Shown: one piece after another, positions 29,540-38,296 of the stretch | How positions within the stretch are numbered: position 1 is the stretch's first letter | Layout of the letters: every line of letters begins with the position of its first letter | Virus record (IMG/VR): IMGVR_UViG_3300021420_000021 | Span: 1 to 64,000 of that record | Length of the DNA stretch: 64,000 bases | Reading direction: 5' to 3' (one strand) | DNA from: a virus | The notes under the pieces: model-generated | What the model was told of the DNA's origin: nothing | The model's input: the letters and a program-made list of their open reading frames with translations, nothing else | Databases searched by the model: none | Program-made: the position numbers and the translations under genes

Positions 29540-29549
29540 TAAGGAACAT

Positions 29550-30350
29550 ATGAAAGACCATTCTATAGCGTATATGGCGGGTCTGATTGATACAGATGGA
29601 ACTCTTGGTATTTATTACAAGGGCAATTCTGGATATCAGGCAAGTTTAGAATTTTACAACGATGATCAACAACTTATGAAATGGGTTGTTGAGCACTTTG
29701 GCGGGCAGTTTAAACCAAAGAAAGACCCAAGACGTGGGACTGTCGGATATCGATGGACTCCGCAAGGGCGTTTACACATGTGTAGAATTCTTGATACATT
29801 AATTCCTTTCCTTGTCTTAAAGAAATCTGAAGCATTGATCGTTCGTCGATTCTTGAGTATATCGGGAGAAGCCCCGGATTTACGAAAGTATCTGGCGAAC
29901 ACTTGCAGATTCATTAAAGGCAAAAGAAGCATCGTAGAGACTGATACGTTAAGAAGTCTCTTAACAAGAAAACCAAACTTAATTCAAGCATATGTTGCAG
30001 GGCTTATAGATGGCGACGGAAACATCGACACTTATGAGTCTAGCGTTGTGATTGGCTTTACTAATATGTGCTATTCGCTCATAGATGAGTTAGTTAAACT
30101 CTATGGCGGCGGATGGTATCAATGTAAGCCGACAACACGACGATGGCAACTTAGCGGAATGAAATTTCAAGAAGCATTTTTATTGAAGATCATTCCTTAT
30201 CTTGAACTAAAGAAGCAAAGAGCAAAGGATGCTCTTGAGTTTGTACGGAGTAAAATAAACATTCCGCGACAATTTGGAAGACCTTGTAAAGAACTTATGA
30301 TACAGTCCGATCTCATGGGCGACCATGAGTGCGATTCTAGTGGAAACTAG
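29550..30350 (+). CDS. Intron-encoded double-motif LAGLIDADG homing endonuclease
   Basis: YMAGLIDTDG and YVAGLIDGDG, each followed by a LxPxLxLK motif. Confidence 0.92.
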   Translation: MKDHSIAYMAGLIDTDGTLGIYYKGNSGYQASLEFYNDDQQLMKWVVEHFGGQFKPKKDPRRGTVGYRWTPQGRLHMCRILDTLIPFLVLKKSEALIVRRFLSISGEAPDLRKYLANTCRFIKGKRSIVETDTLRSLLTRKPNLIQAYVAGLIDGDGNIDTYESSVVIGFTNMCYSLIDELVKLYGGGWYQCKPTTRRWQLSGMKFQEAFLLKIIPYLELKKQRAKDALEFVRSKINIPRQFGRPCKELMIQSDLMGDHECDSSGN

Positions 30351-30368
30351 AAATCCTAAACAATAATA

Positions 30369-30764
30369 CCAGTTGGACAAGCTAAGATGGACGAACTCGT
30401 CTCGGTCGATTTGACCGAAGTTATCGAGTTGCCGTCTAGCGGAGTGCAATTCTTTCAGACTAACCTAGTCACTCAAAGTAACAATTACAAGTCTGTTGCT
30501 GGACTTGTAGGTCTTCGGACTTACATTTTTGGCAGAGACGGCGTATTTGCTATCAATCTAGGTGCAAAAGGCGACACTGGCTATGGTGATGGCGAGTGGC
30601 GGAATATAGAATGCAATATTATGCAGAACGTTGCACCGACCGTCGCGGACCCCGAAGGCCTCATACCGGGATGGACTTCTTACAGAGTTCATTTCACCAC
30701 GAGCCTCGGACCCGATACTACGATTCGGCAGAGACAAATTGATGCCGCTTCAGCCATAAGCTAA
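30369..30764 (+). CDS. Major capsid protein, exon 2 (spliced product ~343 aa)
   Basis: In frame with exon 1 (HT|PVGQAKMDE...); RTYIFG, DPEG...GWTSY motifs. Confidence 0.82.
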   Translation, partial: PVGQAKMDELVSVDLTEVIELPSSGVQFFQTNLVTQSNNYKSVAGLVGLRTYIFGRDGVFAINLGAKGDTGYGDGEWRNIECNIMQNVAPTVADPEGLIPGWTSYRVHFTTSLGPDTTIRQRQIDAASAIS

Positions 30765-30901
30765 ACAAAATAAAGGACTTAAATGTTCTTGACTTGTTTG
30801 ATGTTGTGTGGTAAAGTAGTACAGATGTAAATTTCGATAGGGGTAGGGTGCCGCAATCACCTTACCCTGATTCGATAGCTCTATTGCGGAGAGAAAATAA
30901 C

Positions 30902-31486
30902 ATGTTTGAAAAAGGCAATACTTTTAGTCAAGGCCGAAAAATTGGTTCGCACAGTGAACAAGAAATTCAAGCTTTAAAAGAACGCAATGCCGCCCGAAAG
31001 GGTCAACCTATCACATCTGAGAAAATGTTAGCCGCTTCGCGAGCGGGGTGCAAAGCAATGAACGCTGTTAGGCACTTAAAAGCAGGCCATATTTTAGAAA
31101 ATGTTGATTCTGTCGCCCTTACAGGTGATTGTCACATTTGTGGTCAAGTGCCGATTAAGGTAATGAAGCATAGAGCGAATGGCGCTTTACGCGATCAATA
31201 TTTATGTTGGGTTGGAACTCGTTGCAGAGAGACAGACGGAGCACCTGCCAAAGTCGCGTATAAGAATCAAGCATTAGAGATGTGGAACAATCAACATGGC
31301 AATTGTGCTTTGTGTTACAAATACATGGTTCGCGCAGGAAACACCAACGAAGGTGCAACGTTAGATCATTGTCACACGACCGGATTTATACGCGGCTTTA
31401 TTCATCAAGGCTGCAATAAAGGTTTGGGTCACTTTTTAGACGACCCTGAAGTTTTAAAAATGGCTGCTGAGTATTTACTTAGATAG
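30902..31486 (+). CDS. Endonuclease VII-family (HNH) homing endonuclease
   Basis: QHGNCALC...LDHCHTTGFIRGFIHQGCNKGLG; own promoter TTGACT-17-TAAAGT at 30789-30817. Confidence 0.85.
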   Translation: MFEKGNTFSQGRKIGSHSEQEIQALKERNAARKGQPITSEKMLAASRAGCKAMNAVRHLKAGHILENVDSVALTGDCHICGQVPIKVMKHRANGALRDQYLCWVGTRCRETDGAPAKVAYKNQALEMWNNQHGNCALCYKYMVRAGNTNEGATLDHCHTTGFIRGFIHQGCNKGLGHFLDDPEVLKMAAEYLLR

Positions 31487-31506
31487 CCGGAAAAGGAACA
31501 TGAATT

Positions 31507-32730
31507 ATGCCTATCCCCGCACAAACAACGGGTCTTGGAACCGCCGTCGCAGTCACGTTGGCGGGAACTGGAGTCATACAGGAAAAGACACCTGTTGCTG
31601 GAACTCAAGGAATTTCGCACTACAATGTAACTCTGTCTTTGTCCGGGACCGGATTTCCGAGCACTGTCGCGGTCAGTGCTTCGACCATTGACGTTGCTGG
31701 AAACGTCGTTAGTAATGGCGGCGCTTCAGGATCGACGCAATTGGGCGCAGCCGCCGCAGCTTATGCTATTCTTGCCGCTGCTGGAATTACTAATACTGGC
31801 GCGACTGTCATTTCTGGCGGAAATATCGGTTCGTATCCGACTGCAACTGAAACCGGATTTACCGGGGCAAATTTTGTTCCTCCGGCGACGACTGATAACG
31901 CTGATGCACAAGCAGGACTCGCCGCCGCTTTGGTAACATATAACGCGCTATCGGCTTTGACTTTTACGTCTTTGTCCGCGTCTTCGGCCAATTTAAGCAC
32001 TCTTGGTAACGGAAGTACAGCTTCGACTTATACCGCAGGTAATTATTCTGCTGGCACAAGTATGGACATTCCGACGAGTATTACTCTTGACGCGCAAGGT
32101 AATCCCGGCGCGGTATTTATATTTAAAGCCGGATCGACACTGACTCTCGAATCTAACGCGTCTGTTCTTCTTGTCAACGGCGCTCAAGCCGCGAACGTTT
32201 ATTGGCTGGTCGGTAGTTCATTTACTTCGATCTTTGGAACTGTGTCCGTCATGAACGGAAATATTCTTGCCAATACAAGTATTACTCTTGGCGGTGGCGT
32301 CCTGAATGGCCGAGCGCTCGCCGGAATTGTGACTTCATCTGGCGCAGTTACAATTGCGACTGCCGAAGCAATTACAGTTCCCGGATTTTCGCAAAGCACA
32401 GCTTCAGGAATGAACGCAGTTAGTTATAATGCATGGCCGCGTTTGGTTGGCGGCGTTACACAGACTCGCGATGGTGTGACTCGTAATGCGCAAGATGTCA
32501 CTGTTTCTTATCCGGCTCCGACTTCAGGTCCGGGCGGCGTTGCTGATGTGTCAGATGTCAATAATCCATTCCTTGTTACCGCGTATCGTGTCGGTCAAGC
32601 GTGGGTCGAATTCTTTTCTCCAACTTTCGGAAATTCCGAACCATTGGCGACAGATATTGAGTCGAATTTGACCGAAGGTTTTCCGACCGATAAGATACAG
32701 GCCCAACTTTTAGTAAACGTCGTGAAGTAG
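31507..32730 (+). CDS. Putative capsid decoration protein with inserted DUF3494 ice-binding-like domain
   Basis: YAILAAAGITNTG...ITLDAQGNPGAVFIFKAGSTL...NGAQAANVYWLVGSS...GNILANTSITL...LNGRALA; flanks paralogous to the next two genes. Confidence 0.88.
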   Translation: MPIPAQTTGLGTAVAVTLAGTGVIQEKTPVAGTQGISHYNVTLSLSGTGFPSTVAVSASTIDVAGNVVSNGGASGSTQLGAAAAAYAILAAAGITNTGATVISGGNIGSYPTATETGFTGANFVPPATTDNADAQAGLAAALVTYNALSALTFTSLSASSANLSTLGNGSTASTYTAGNYSAGTSMDIPTSITLDAQGNPGAVFIFKAGSTLTLESNASVLLVNGAQAANVYWLVGSSFTSIFGTVSVMNGNILANTSITLGGGVLNGRALAGIVTSSGAVTIATAEAITVPGFSQSTASGMNAVSYNAWPRLVGGVTQTRDGVTRNAQDVTVSYPAPTSGPGGVADVSDVNNPFLVTAYRVGQAWVEFFSPTFGNSEPLATDIESNLTEGFPTDKIQAQLLVNVVK

Positions 32731-32749
32731 TTTAAAGAAAAGAGAAATC

Positions 32750-33307
32750 ATGTCTAATCCAGTTCCTCCCCATAATCCTACTGACGGATTGTCGTCTGCG
32801 TGTTTTGTGCAGCTATCAGGCACAGGCGTTATTGTCGATCCGAAGCAGACAAGACCGCCGTCTGCTAATTACCCAAATGCAGGACATTATGAAGTTACTT
32901 TGAGTGTTTCTGGCGCAAATGGTTTAGCGTCTTCTGTCGTTATAACACCATCACTTGTTGATGTGTCTAATACAGCGTATGCTTCGACTGCTGCGTCTTG
33001 GGTTTATCGGTCGTATAACGATCCTCAAGTAACCGAAGCAAGTCTTCCAACAGGACCGGGAAATCCGACTAATCTTGCGCCGAAGCCGACGCAGACTGCG
33101 AAACTTGCGTCTGTTAGCGCATCTGGAGCATCAACAGTAACCGTCACTGCGCTGTCTCCGGGCAAAGCAATTGTATCCGCAATTTACCCCACCTTCGATA
33201 ACGCAGAAGGAAATGTTACAGTTGGCAATCTTGGCGGACCCTTGGCCGGAACTACAGTGCCGAAAGATTATATTTTTTCATTTCTCGATGTAAAAATATT
33301 TCCGTAA
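32750..33307 (+). CDS. Putative decoration protein (Ig-like), paralog 2
   Basis: Shares LSGTG, HYxVTLSxSG, DVxN, VTAxxxGxA and PTFxN with 31507..32730. Confidence 0.7.
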   Translation: MSNPVPPHNPTDGLSSACFVQLSGTGVIVDPKQTRPPSANYPNAGHYEVTLSVSGANGLASSVVITPSLVDVSNTAYASTAASWVYRSYNDPQVTEASLPTGPGNPTNLAPKPTQTAKLASVSASGASTVTVTALSPGKAIVSAIYPTFDNAEGNVTVGNLGGPLAGTTVPKDYIFSFLDVKIFP

Positions 33308-33325
33308 ATTTAGCAGAAAGGTATT

Positions 33326-33913
33326 ATGCCGCCTCTTTTTCCAAGTTCGCAGAACAGCTTAAATTATACAACGGGCGTAGGAATTCCGGCCCGAGTTGCC
33401 CTTAGTGGGACCGCAGCCGGAGGTAATAGTGTGACACAGCAACAGTCCGCCACGATTGACGGAACTTCGTATGTTGTTCTTCAAATGCGTGGTCCTGAAT
33501 ACTATCTTCTGATGACTTTGCCGTCTGATACGTGTCAATTGAGTGCCGGGATTGTAGATGTCGCTGGCAATGCGAGCACGGTTGATGCGAGTAATACGTT
33601 TACTTATACATCGTGGAACGCGAGTTCGGTCGTATTATCGATGTCGAATACTGGAAGTGCATCAGGATCGGAGTTCGTATCTTTTTCTGCCGCAAATATG
33701 GGTACAGGCTGGATGCCTTCGAATCTGGCATGGGAAAGTAAAGTTGTAACTATCTCTTCGTCTGGTTTGATTACTGCGAACGCAAAAGGCCATGCGGTAG
33801 TGGAGTGTCGCTACCCCTTAAGTAAAGCATCGAACAATCCCGTTACGAATGGTTTAAATACGACAGACAACCCACAATTTATTGCGGCATTGCTTGTAAT
33901 TCGAGTCAATTAA
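33326..33913 (+). CDS. Putative decoration protein (Ig-like, Big_2-type motif), paralog 3
   Basis: VVTISSSGLITANAKGHAVV; same flanking motifs. Confidence 0.7.
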   Translation: MPPLFPSSQNSLNYTTGVGIPARVALSGTAAGGNSVTQQQSATIDGTSYVVLQMRGPEYYLLMTLPSDTCQLSAGIVDVAGNASTVDASNTFTYTSWNASSVVLSMSNTGSASGSEFVSFSAANMGTGWMPSNLAWESKVVTISSSGLITANAKGHAVVECRYPLSKASNNPVTNGLNTTDNPQFIAALLVIRVN

Positions 33914-33939
33914 TTATACATGATATAATAGGAGGAACT

Positions 33940-34257
33940 ATGTCTGATGATCGGAACTATATTGCTAGTTTAGAAGAGGCGCTCGAAGATATCACTGAAG
34001 ATAATCTTAGATTGCGCAACACAAACAGAATTCTCCGGGCCGTAAATTCAGGACTTCGGTCGAAACTTGAAATCGCGCATAAGAACGACGAAGAGTTTGT
34101 TTCGGCGTGTCAATGGGATGAAGAAATCGACGCTCGCGCCGCACAAATTGATTCAGAATCTGACTCGACAGGATATGTCGAGTATGTCGAAGAGAAATCT
34201 GACTATCCGCAAGGATTTCAAGAATATTGGGGAATTGGCAACACAAGTTATACGTAA
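33940..34257 (+). CDS. Acidic coiled-coil protein
   Basis: AGGAGG SD. Confidence 0.7.
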   Translation: MSDDRNYIASLEEALEDITEDNLRLRNTNRILRAVNSGLRSKLEIAHKNDEEFVSACQWDEEIDARAAQIDSESDSTGYVEYVEEKSDYPQGFQEYWGIGNTSYT

Positions 34258-34260
34258 TTA

Positions 34261-34432
34261 AGTGAACAAGGTTAAGAAAAAGTGGATTACTATTTCTTAG
34301 TCTAATCGGACGGACGGTCTAGAACGACCGCGAGATGTTAGTCGTTGTTGCGCCTGATCCGCGCAAAGAGACGCTGATTTCACTAGTGCAAGGGCTTCTC
34401 TGGGAGCCTGAACCGGAGGAGCACAAGCACTA
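34261..34432 (+). ncRNA. Candidate structured ncRNA
   Basis: Six nested stems in an intergenic gap (see findings). Confidence 0.45.
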
Positions 34433-34453
34433 CAATTTAAACGGAGGAGGAAA

Positions 34454-34933
34454 ATGAAGTTACTAAACCGTATTAGAACTTGGTTGCTTTATAAGTTATG
34501 GAAGCCAAAGGATAAATCACCCGAAGAACTAGAGTTTGCGAGAGAAAAAGGTAAGATTTTAACTCAGCAAAAACAATGGGATGATCAAAGACATGTCGGA
34601 TGTTCACACCTTAAAGGCGGGAATGTAGGGAACGTGTTTGGCGGCGATTTCAGTAAGTTTGCCCAAGGTTGGTATAACGGACAAAATGGGCAATACGCAG
34701 TAATCAAGCATCAGATGGCGAATGGCGATATTTATGTAAACTGTTTACGATGCGGTAAGAAGTGGAAAAAGCCAATAAGATCGTCATTTAAGAAAGAACA
34801 AGATTACTTAATAGCTCTTGCAGAGTACGAAACTGCTGTGAAGTTTCCTACGAATAATAGCATGTCTACATCGATTCAATTACGATTTTCTGACAATGGC
34901 GAAGCGCATCGTAAAGCGATAGAGAATAGTTAA
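34454..34933 (+). CDS. Putative Zn-binding protein, paralog of 36202..36843
   Basis: CSHLKGGNV...QYAVIKHQ...CLRCGK. Confidence 0.75.
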   Translation: MKLLNRIRTWLLYKLWKPKDKSPEELEFAREKGKILTQQKQWDDQRHVGCSHLKGGNVGNVFGGDFSKFAQGWYNGQNGQYAVIKHQMANGDIYVNCLRCGKKWKKPIRSSFKKEQDYLIALAEYETAVKFPTNNSMSTSIQLRFSDNGEAHRKAIENS

Positions 34934-35006
34934 ATTTCGCAGTGTCATGAACTGTGAACGGGCGATAGCCTTCTACTATCGCCCACTCTTTAGAAGGGAG
35001 AGAAGT

Positions 35007-35546
35007 ATGCGAATTGAAACAAACATAAGAAGCATTAAAGATTTATCCAACATGAAATTTGGTAGATTGATACCGATTATGCCTATTGCAAAAGATAGGT
35101 TTAATAAGACGATATGGCTAATGTTGTGCGATTGCGGCAAGACAAAAGCTATAAACAGCGCAAATTTGAGTTCAAAACATACTCAGAGTTGCGGGTGTTT
35201 ACGCGATGAGTGTCAGTCTGCGCTTAAACATGGTGCTAGTTGTCGCGGTAAGATAACGCCTGAGTATCAAGCTTTTAGAGCGGCGAAAGAACGCTGTACT
35301 AACCCAAAGAATAAAGCATATAAATATTATGGCGGAAGAGGAATCGAGTTTCGTTTTGTTAGTTTTGAAGAGTTTTTTGCGGAGATAGGTTTACGACCCG
35401 ACGCGATGTCGCTAGATAGGATTGAGGTAAACGGGCATTATGAAAAAGGGAATGTTCGTTGGGCGACTCAAAGTCAGCAAGTACAAAATCGTAGATCACA
35501 GCCTGAAATTCTTTTACAGTATGCGGCAGCATTAGGAGGAGTGTGA
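35007..35546 (+). CDS. HNH-like homing endonuclease
   Basis: KFGRL...CDCG...SCGC...YYGGRGI...SLDRIEVNGHYEKGNVRWAT. Confidence 0.85.
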   Translation: MRIETNIRSIKDLSNMKFGRLIPIMPIAKDRFNKTIWLMLCDCGKTKAINSANLSSKHTQSCGCLRDECQSALKHGASCRGKITPEYQAFRAAKERCTNPKNKAYKYYGGRGIEFRFVSFEEFFAEIGLRPDAMSLDRIEVNGHYEKGNVRWATQSQQVQNRRSQPEILLQYAAALGGV

Positions 35547-36217
35547 GTCAACCAACACAAGAGGAGATTCAACGTCTTCAGGGAACACGGCTCAATACGG
35601 AGAAAGCACCGTGGCAGACGTATTCTGAGGAGTTGGATGTGAAGATGTCGCCAGAGTTAGCGGCAGAAGTTGCCGACTACAGCACGCGATATCACGACTC
35701 AGAATCTAGTAATCAGAATAAAGAAGAATTGGCCCGATGGCAAGAGCAGAATTATGACGCGATGGGCGAATATCGATGGGCAAGTCCAGAAGAATATGCC
35801 GATATTGAAGCTCGAATCGGACGAATTATGCATCACAGCGAATTCGTGACGCGATTGAAGAAGATCGGCGTTCGATGTGCGTTACGCGATCATCCGCAAA
35901 CAGATAAATTGACTTTGCTTGTACAACGCGGAAATGATGTTTTAAAGCCATATGAAGTTGGATGTTGGATAAAGAATGGATTCGCGCCAGAATTTTCAGT
36001 CATGGGATTTGATGAGCATGGAGTTCCACTCGCAGAGCGTTACAGGGGTTGGCGCACCGCGATTCTTCAGCTTATTCTTAAACAAGTATTGACGGAAGAA
36101 CAAGCGCATAAAGAATTTGGAAGTACAGATCGATGTTGTGCCGGGAGATATAATTCAATACTTCACGGCATCAGGAATACAGTAGATAAAGAGGAGGAGC
36201 AATGTCAGACGAAGTAA
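35543..36217 (+). CDS. Hypothetical protein
   Basis: ORF track; GGAGG SD. Confidence 0.75.
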   Translation: MSQPTQEEIQRLQGTRLNTEKAPWQTYSEELDVKMSPELAAEVADYSTRYHDSESSNQNKEELARWQEQNYDAMGEYRWASPEEYADIEARIGRIMHHSEFVTRLKKIGVRCALRDHPQTDKLTLLVQRGNDVLKPYEVGCWIKNGFAPEFSVMGFDEHGVPLAERYRGWRTAILQLILKQVLTEEQAHKEFGSTDRCCAGRYNSILHGIRNTVDKEEEQCQTK

Positions 36218-36843
36218 AGAAACATTCTGCGACAGAAGAGTTGGCGCAGTTAGACTTACAGATTAAGCGCGAAGAACTTGAACAGTTGAAATTGTCAAGA
36301 CAAGAGCGCGAATATTCGATCAAAGATTTGAAAGGAAGACTAGCCGAGCGCGACGTAAAAGAACTTCAGAAGAAAGAAGATCGTGAAGCGCAAGGCCGGA
36401 CTTTCGCGCAGCAGAGAGGAACTGACGAAGCTCGTTGGAAGATTTGTACGCATAAAAAGGGCGGAAACGTCAGTCAGCGCGATATGCGTGTTCTGAGTAC
36501 AGGCGGAAACGCCGCGCAATACGCAGTTATGAAGCACCAGATGATTAATGGTGATATTTGGGTCCGTTGTTTGCGTTGCGGTAAAACTTGGTCGCCGCCG
36601 CTGAAATCGAAGTTCTATTTTGATAATCGCGGTAAGCAAGTTCCGGCGCATTCGGGCGAATTTAACAAAGACCGTTTTGACGCAGCAGTTCTTGATTATC
36701 AACGCGCAGTTGCATTCGAAACGAATAATACGATGTCCGGATCGGTCCAAGTTCGGTTCTCCCGATGGGACGAAAAGAGTCAGCAACTCGTTGATGCATC
36801 GAAAGACTACGCCGAATCGATTGCCGATACGACATTGCGCTAG
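36202..36843 (+). CDS. Coiled-coil plus putative Zn-binding protein
   Basis: CTHKKGGNV...QYAVMKHQ...CLRCGK. Confidence 0.78.
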   Translation: MSDEVKKHSATEELAQLDLQIKREELEQLKLSRQEREYSIKDLKGRLAERDVKELQKKEDREAQGRTFAQQRGTDEARWKICTHKKGGNVSQRDMRVLSTGGNAAQYAVMKHQMINGDIWVRCLRCGKTWSPPLKSKFYFDNRGKQVPAHSGEFNKDRFDAAVLDYQRAVAFETNNTMSGSVQVRFSRWDEKSQQLVDASKDYAESIADTTLR

Positions 36844-36894
36844 AATTAACGTCGCCGCTGAGTGCGGTTTGCGCCCCTAAAACGGGAACACTCT

Positions 36895-36933
36895 TCGGGC
36901 GGGTTTGATTTAAAGATCGCCCGCCCGATTTTT
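36895..36933 (+). terminator. Intrinsic terminator
   Basis: TCGGGCGGG/CCCGCCCGA stem plus TTTTT. Confidence 0.7.
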
Positions 36934-36953
36934 ATATTGTGTAGAAAGTAGAA

Positions 36954-38039
36954 ATGGCAACTTCAAACAGCACTCTGACCTTGCAAGAATTAGTGGACGA
37001 CTGTAAATCAATGGCCGATCTTGCGCCCGCGTTAGCGACAGGCGGATATTCTGATCAACCCGCGCTTTCAATCGCCAATGACGTGATGCAGAATATGGTC
37101 GCGGGCGGGCCTGAAGGTCAGCCGTTTAACTGGAAATGGAATCGCATGGTCGAGACTCCATTTTTCATTAATTCGTGGCAGCAAGATTATTTCATCCCGA
37201 ACCTTGTTACACTTGGATGGCTTGAAAGTTGCACCGCATCTTGTTTCTCTACGACACAATTTCCCAAGCCGATTTTACCGATTGAAGTAAAACGAGACTT
37301 GTTGATCGTTAGTTTACAGACTTCGCAAACTGCGAAGATTTGCTGGATGCAAAATGACACTATGTTGGCAGGAACTTGGGGGCAAACAGAACAAGCTTCA
37401 GCAACAGGATTGGCGAATCCGGGTCCGGGCGTTGTTATCACGAATCCGGCAAATCAGCCGTCAATGCCGATCAATCCTACGACACAGGTGAAAGACGCTT
37501 TTGGCAATTTGTGGGTTGTGACGACTTACGGGACTTGCGGCAGTTCGAATCCATTTGCGACGAATCTTAATCCAGCATTTCCGACATTGCAGAATCAAAG
37601 CATTGTATCGACTACAGTAAACGATGGAACTGTTGTTTGGACCGCAGTTAATCCGAAAGGTCAAGGATTTCGAATCAATCCACTTCCCGGCCAAACCGGG
37701 CCAGTTTGGTTAATTCAACCAGTCGGCCAGAACCGAGTTCAAAGACTGACGAGTTACGGACAATTTCTTGATCCGATTCCAGATGATTTTTATACATTTT
37801 TCAAACAAGGATTTTTCGCCCAATGTTATCGCCGTTCGCCCGATCCAAAAGTCCGGGCGAAGTTCGAAATGGAATATCAGCTATGGCAAAAAGCATTAGT
37901 CAATGCCGTCAGACAAGGCGCACGAGAAATCGATGATTGGGGCTTTTATCCAACATCGAATGTCATGGATGGAACTGGATACGGAGGTTGGGTTGGTGCA
38001 ACGCCCGCACTACCGTATGGCCCCTGGCAAGGTTATTAG
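36954..38039 (+). CDS. Head-tail adaptor / tail tubular protein A-like, paralog 1
   Basis: Position; PALSIANDVMQ...PFNWKWN. Confidence 0.65.
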   Translation: MATSNSTLTLQELVDDCKSMADLAPALATGGYSDQPALSIANDVMQNMVAGGPEGQPFNWKWNRMVETPFFINSWQQDYFIPNLVTLGWLESCTASCFSTTQFPKPILPIEVKRDLLIVSLQTSQTAKICWMQNDTMLAGTWGQTEQASATGLANPGPGVVITNPANQPSMPINPTTQVKDAFGNLWVVTTYGTCGSSNPFATNLNPAFPTLQNQSIVSTTVNDGTVVWTAVNPKGQGFRINPLPGQTGPVWLIQPVGQNRVQRLTSYGQFLDPIPDDFYTFFKQGFFAQCYRRSPDPKVRAKFEMEYQLWQKALVNAVRQGAREIDDWGFYPTSNVMDGTGYGGWVGATPALPYGPWQGY

Positions 38040-38296
38040 AATCAATAATTTACAGACAATTTCACTATATTGTGTACAAAGATGTTGATCATGAGCATGA
38101 GAAACCCGGCACGCATCGTGGCATTCTTTGCGCATGGTGTAACACAGCACTCGGCAGATTAGAGCCGAATATGCAGAAAGTCTTAGAATATCTGGCCGAG
38201 TATGGAAAATACTACGAGCCTCCGCTAAAGGATTTAAATGCCCGCTTTGAGCACAATTACGCTAGAAATGACGATGGATTGGGCGAAACGCCTTAG
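38040..38296 (+). pseudogene. Endonuclease VII remnant
   Basis: VDHEH...HRGILCAWCNTALG, lacking the N-terminal CxxC and a credible start. Confidence 0.65.

Larger units (their letters stand above)
29454..30368 (+). mobile_element. Group I intron in the major capsid gene
   Basis: P1 CACACT/GGTGTG with U-G; P3 CTTAAC/GTTAAG; P4 ATCGGGG/AATCCCGAG; P7 GAGACTG (29937)/CAGTCC (30303); P9 CTCATGG-GCGA-CCATGAG. Confidence 0.9.

Noticed and set aside
28818-30764. Two separate capsid genes, or an intein
   Set aside because: A stop codon after exon 1 and a full set of group I pairings indicate RNA splicing; no intein terminal residues.
36850-36894. Possible hammerhead ribozyme before the terminator
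   Set aside because: Lacks the CUGANGA and GAAA core.
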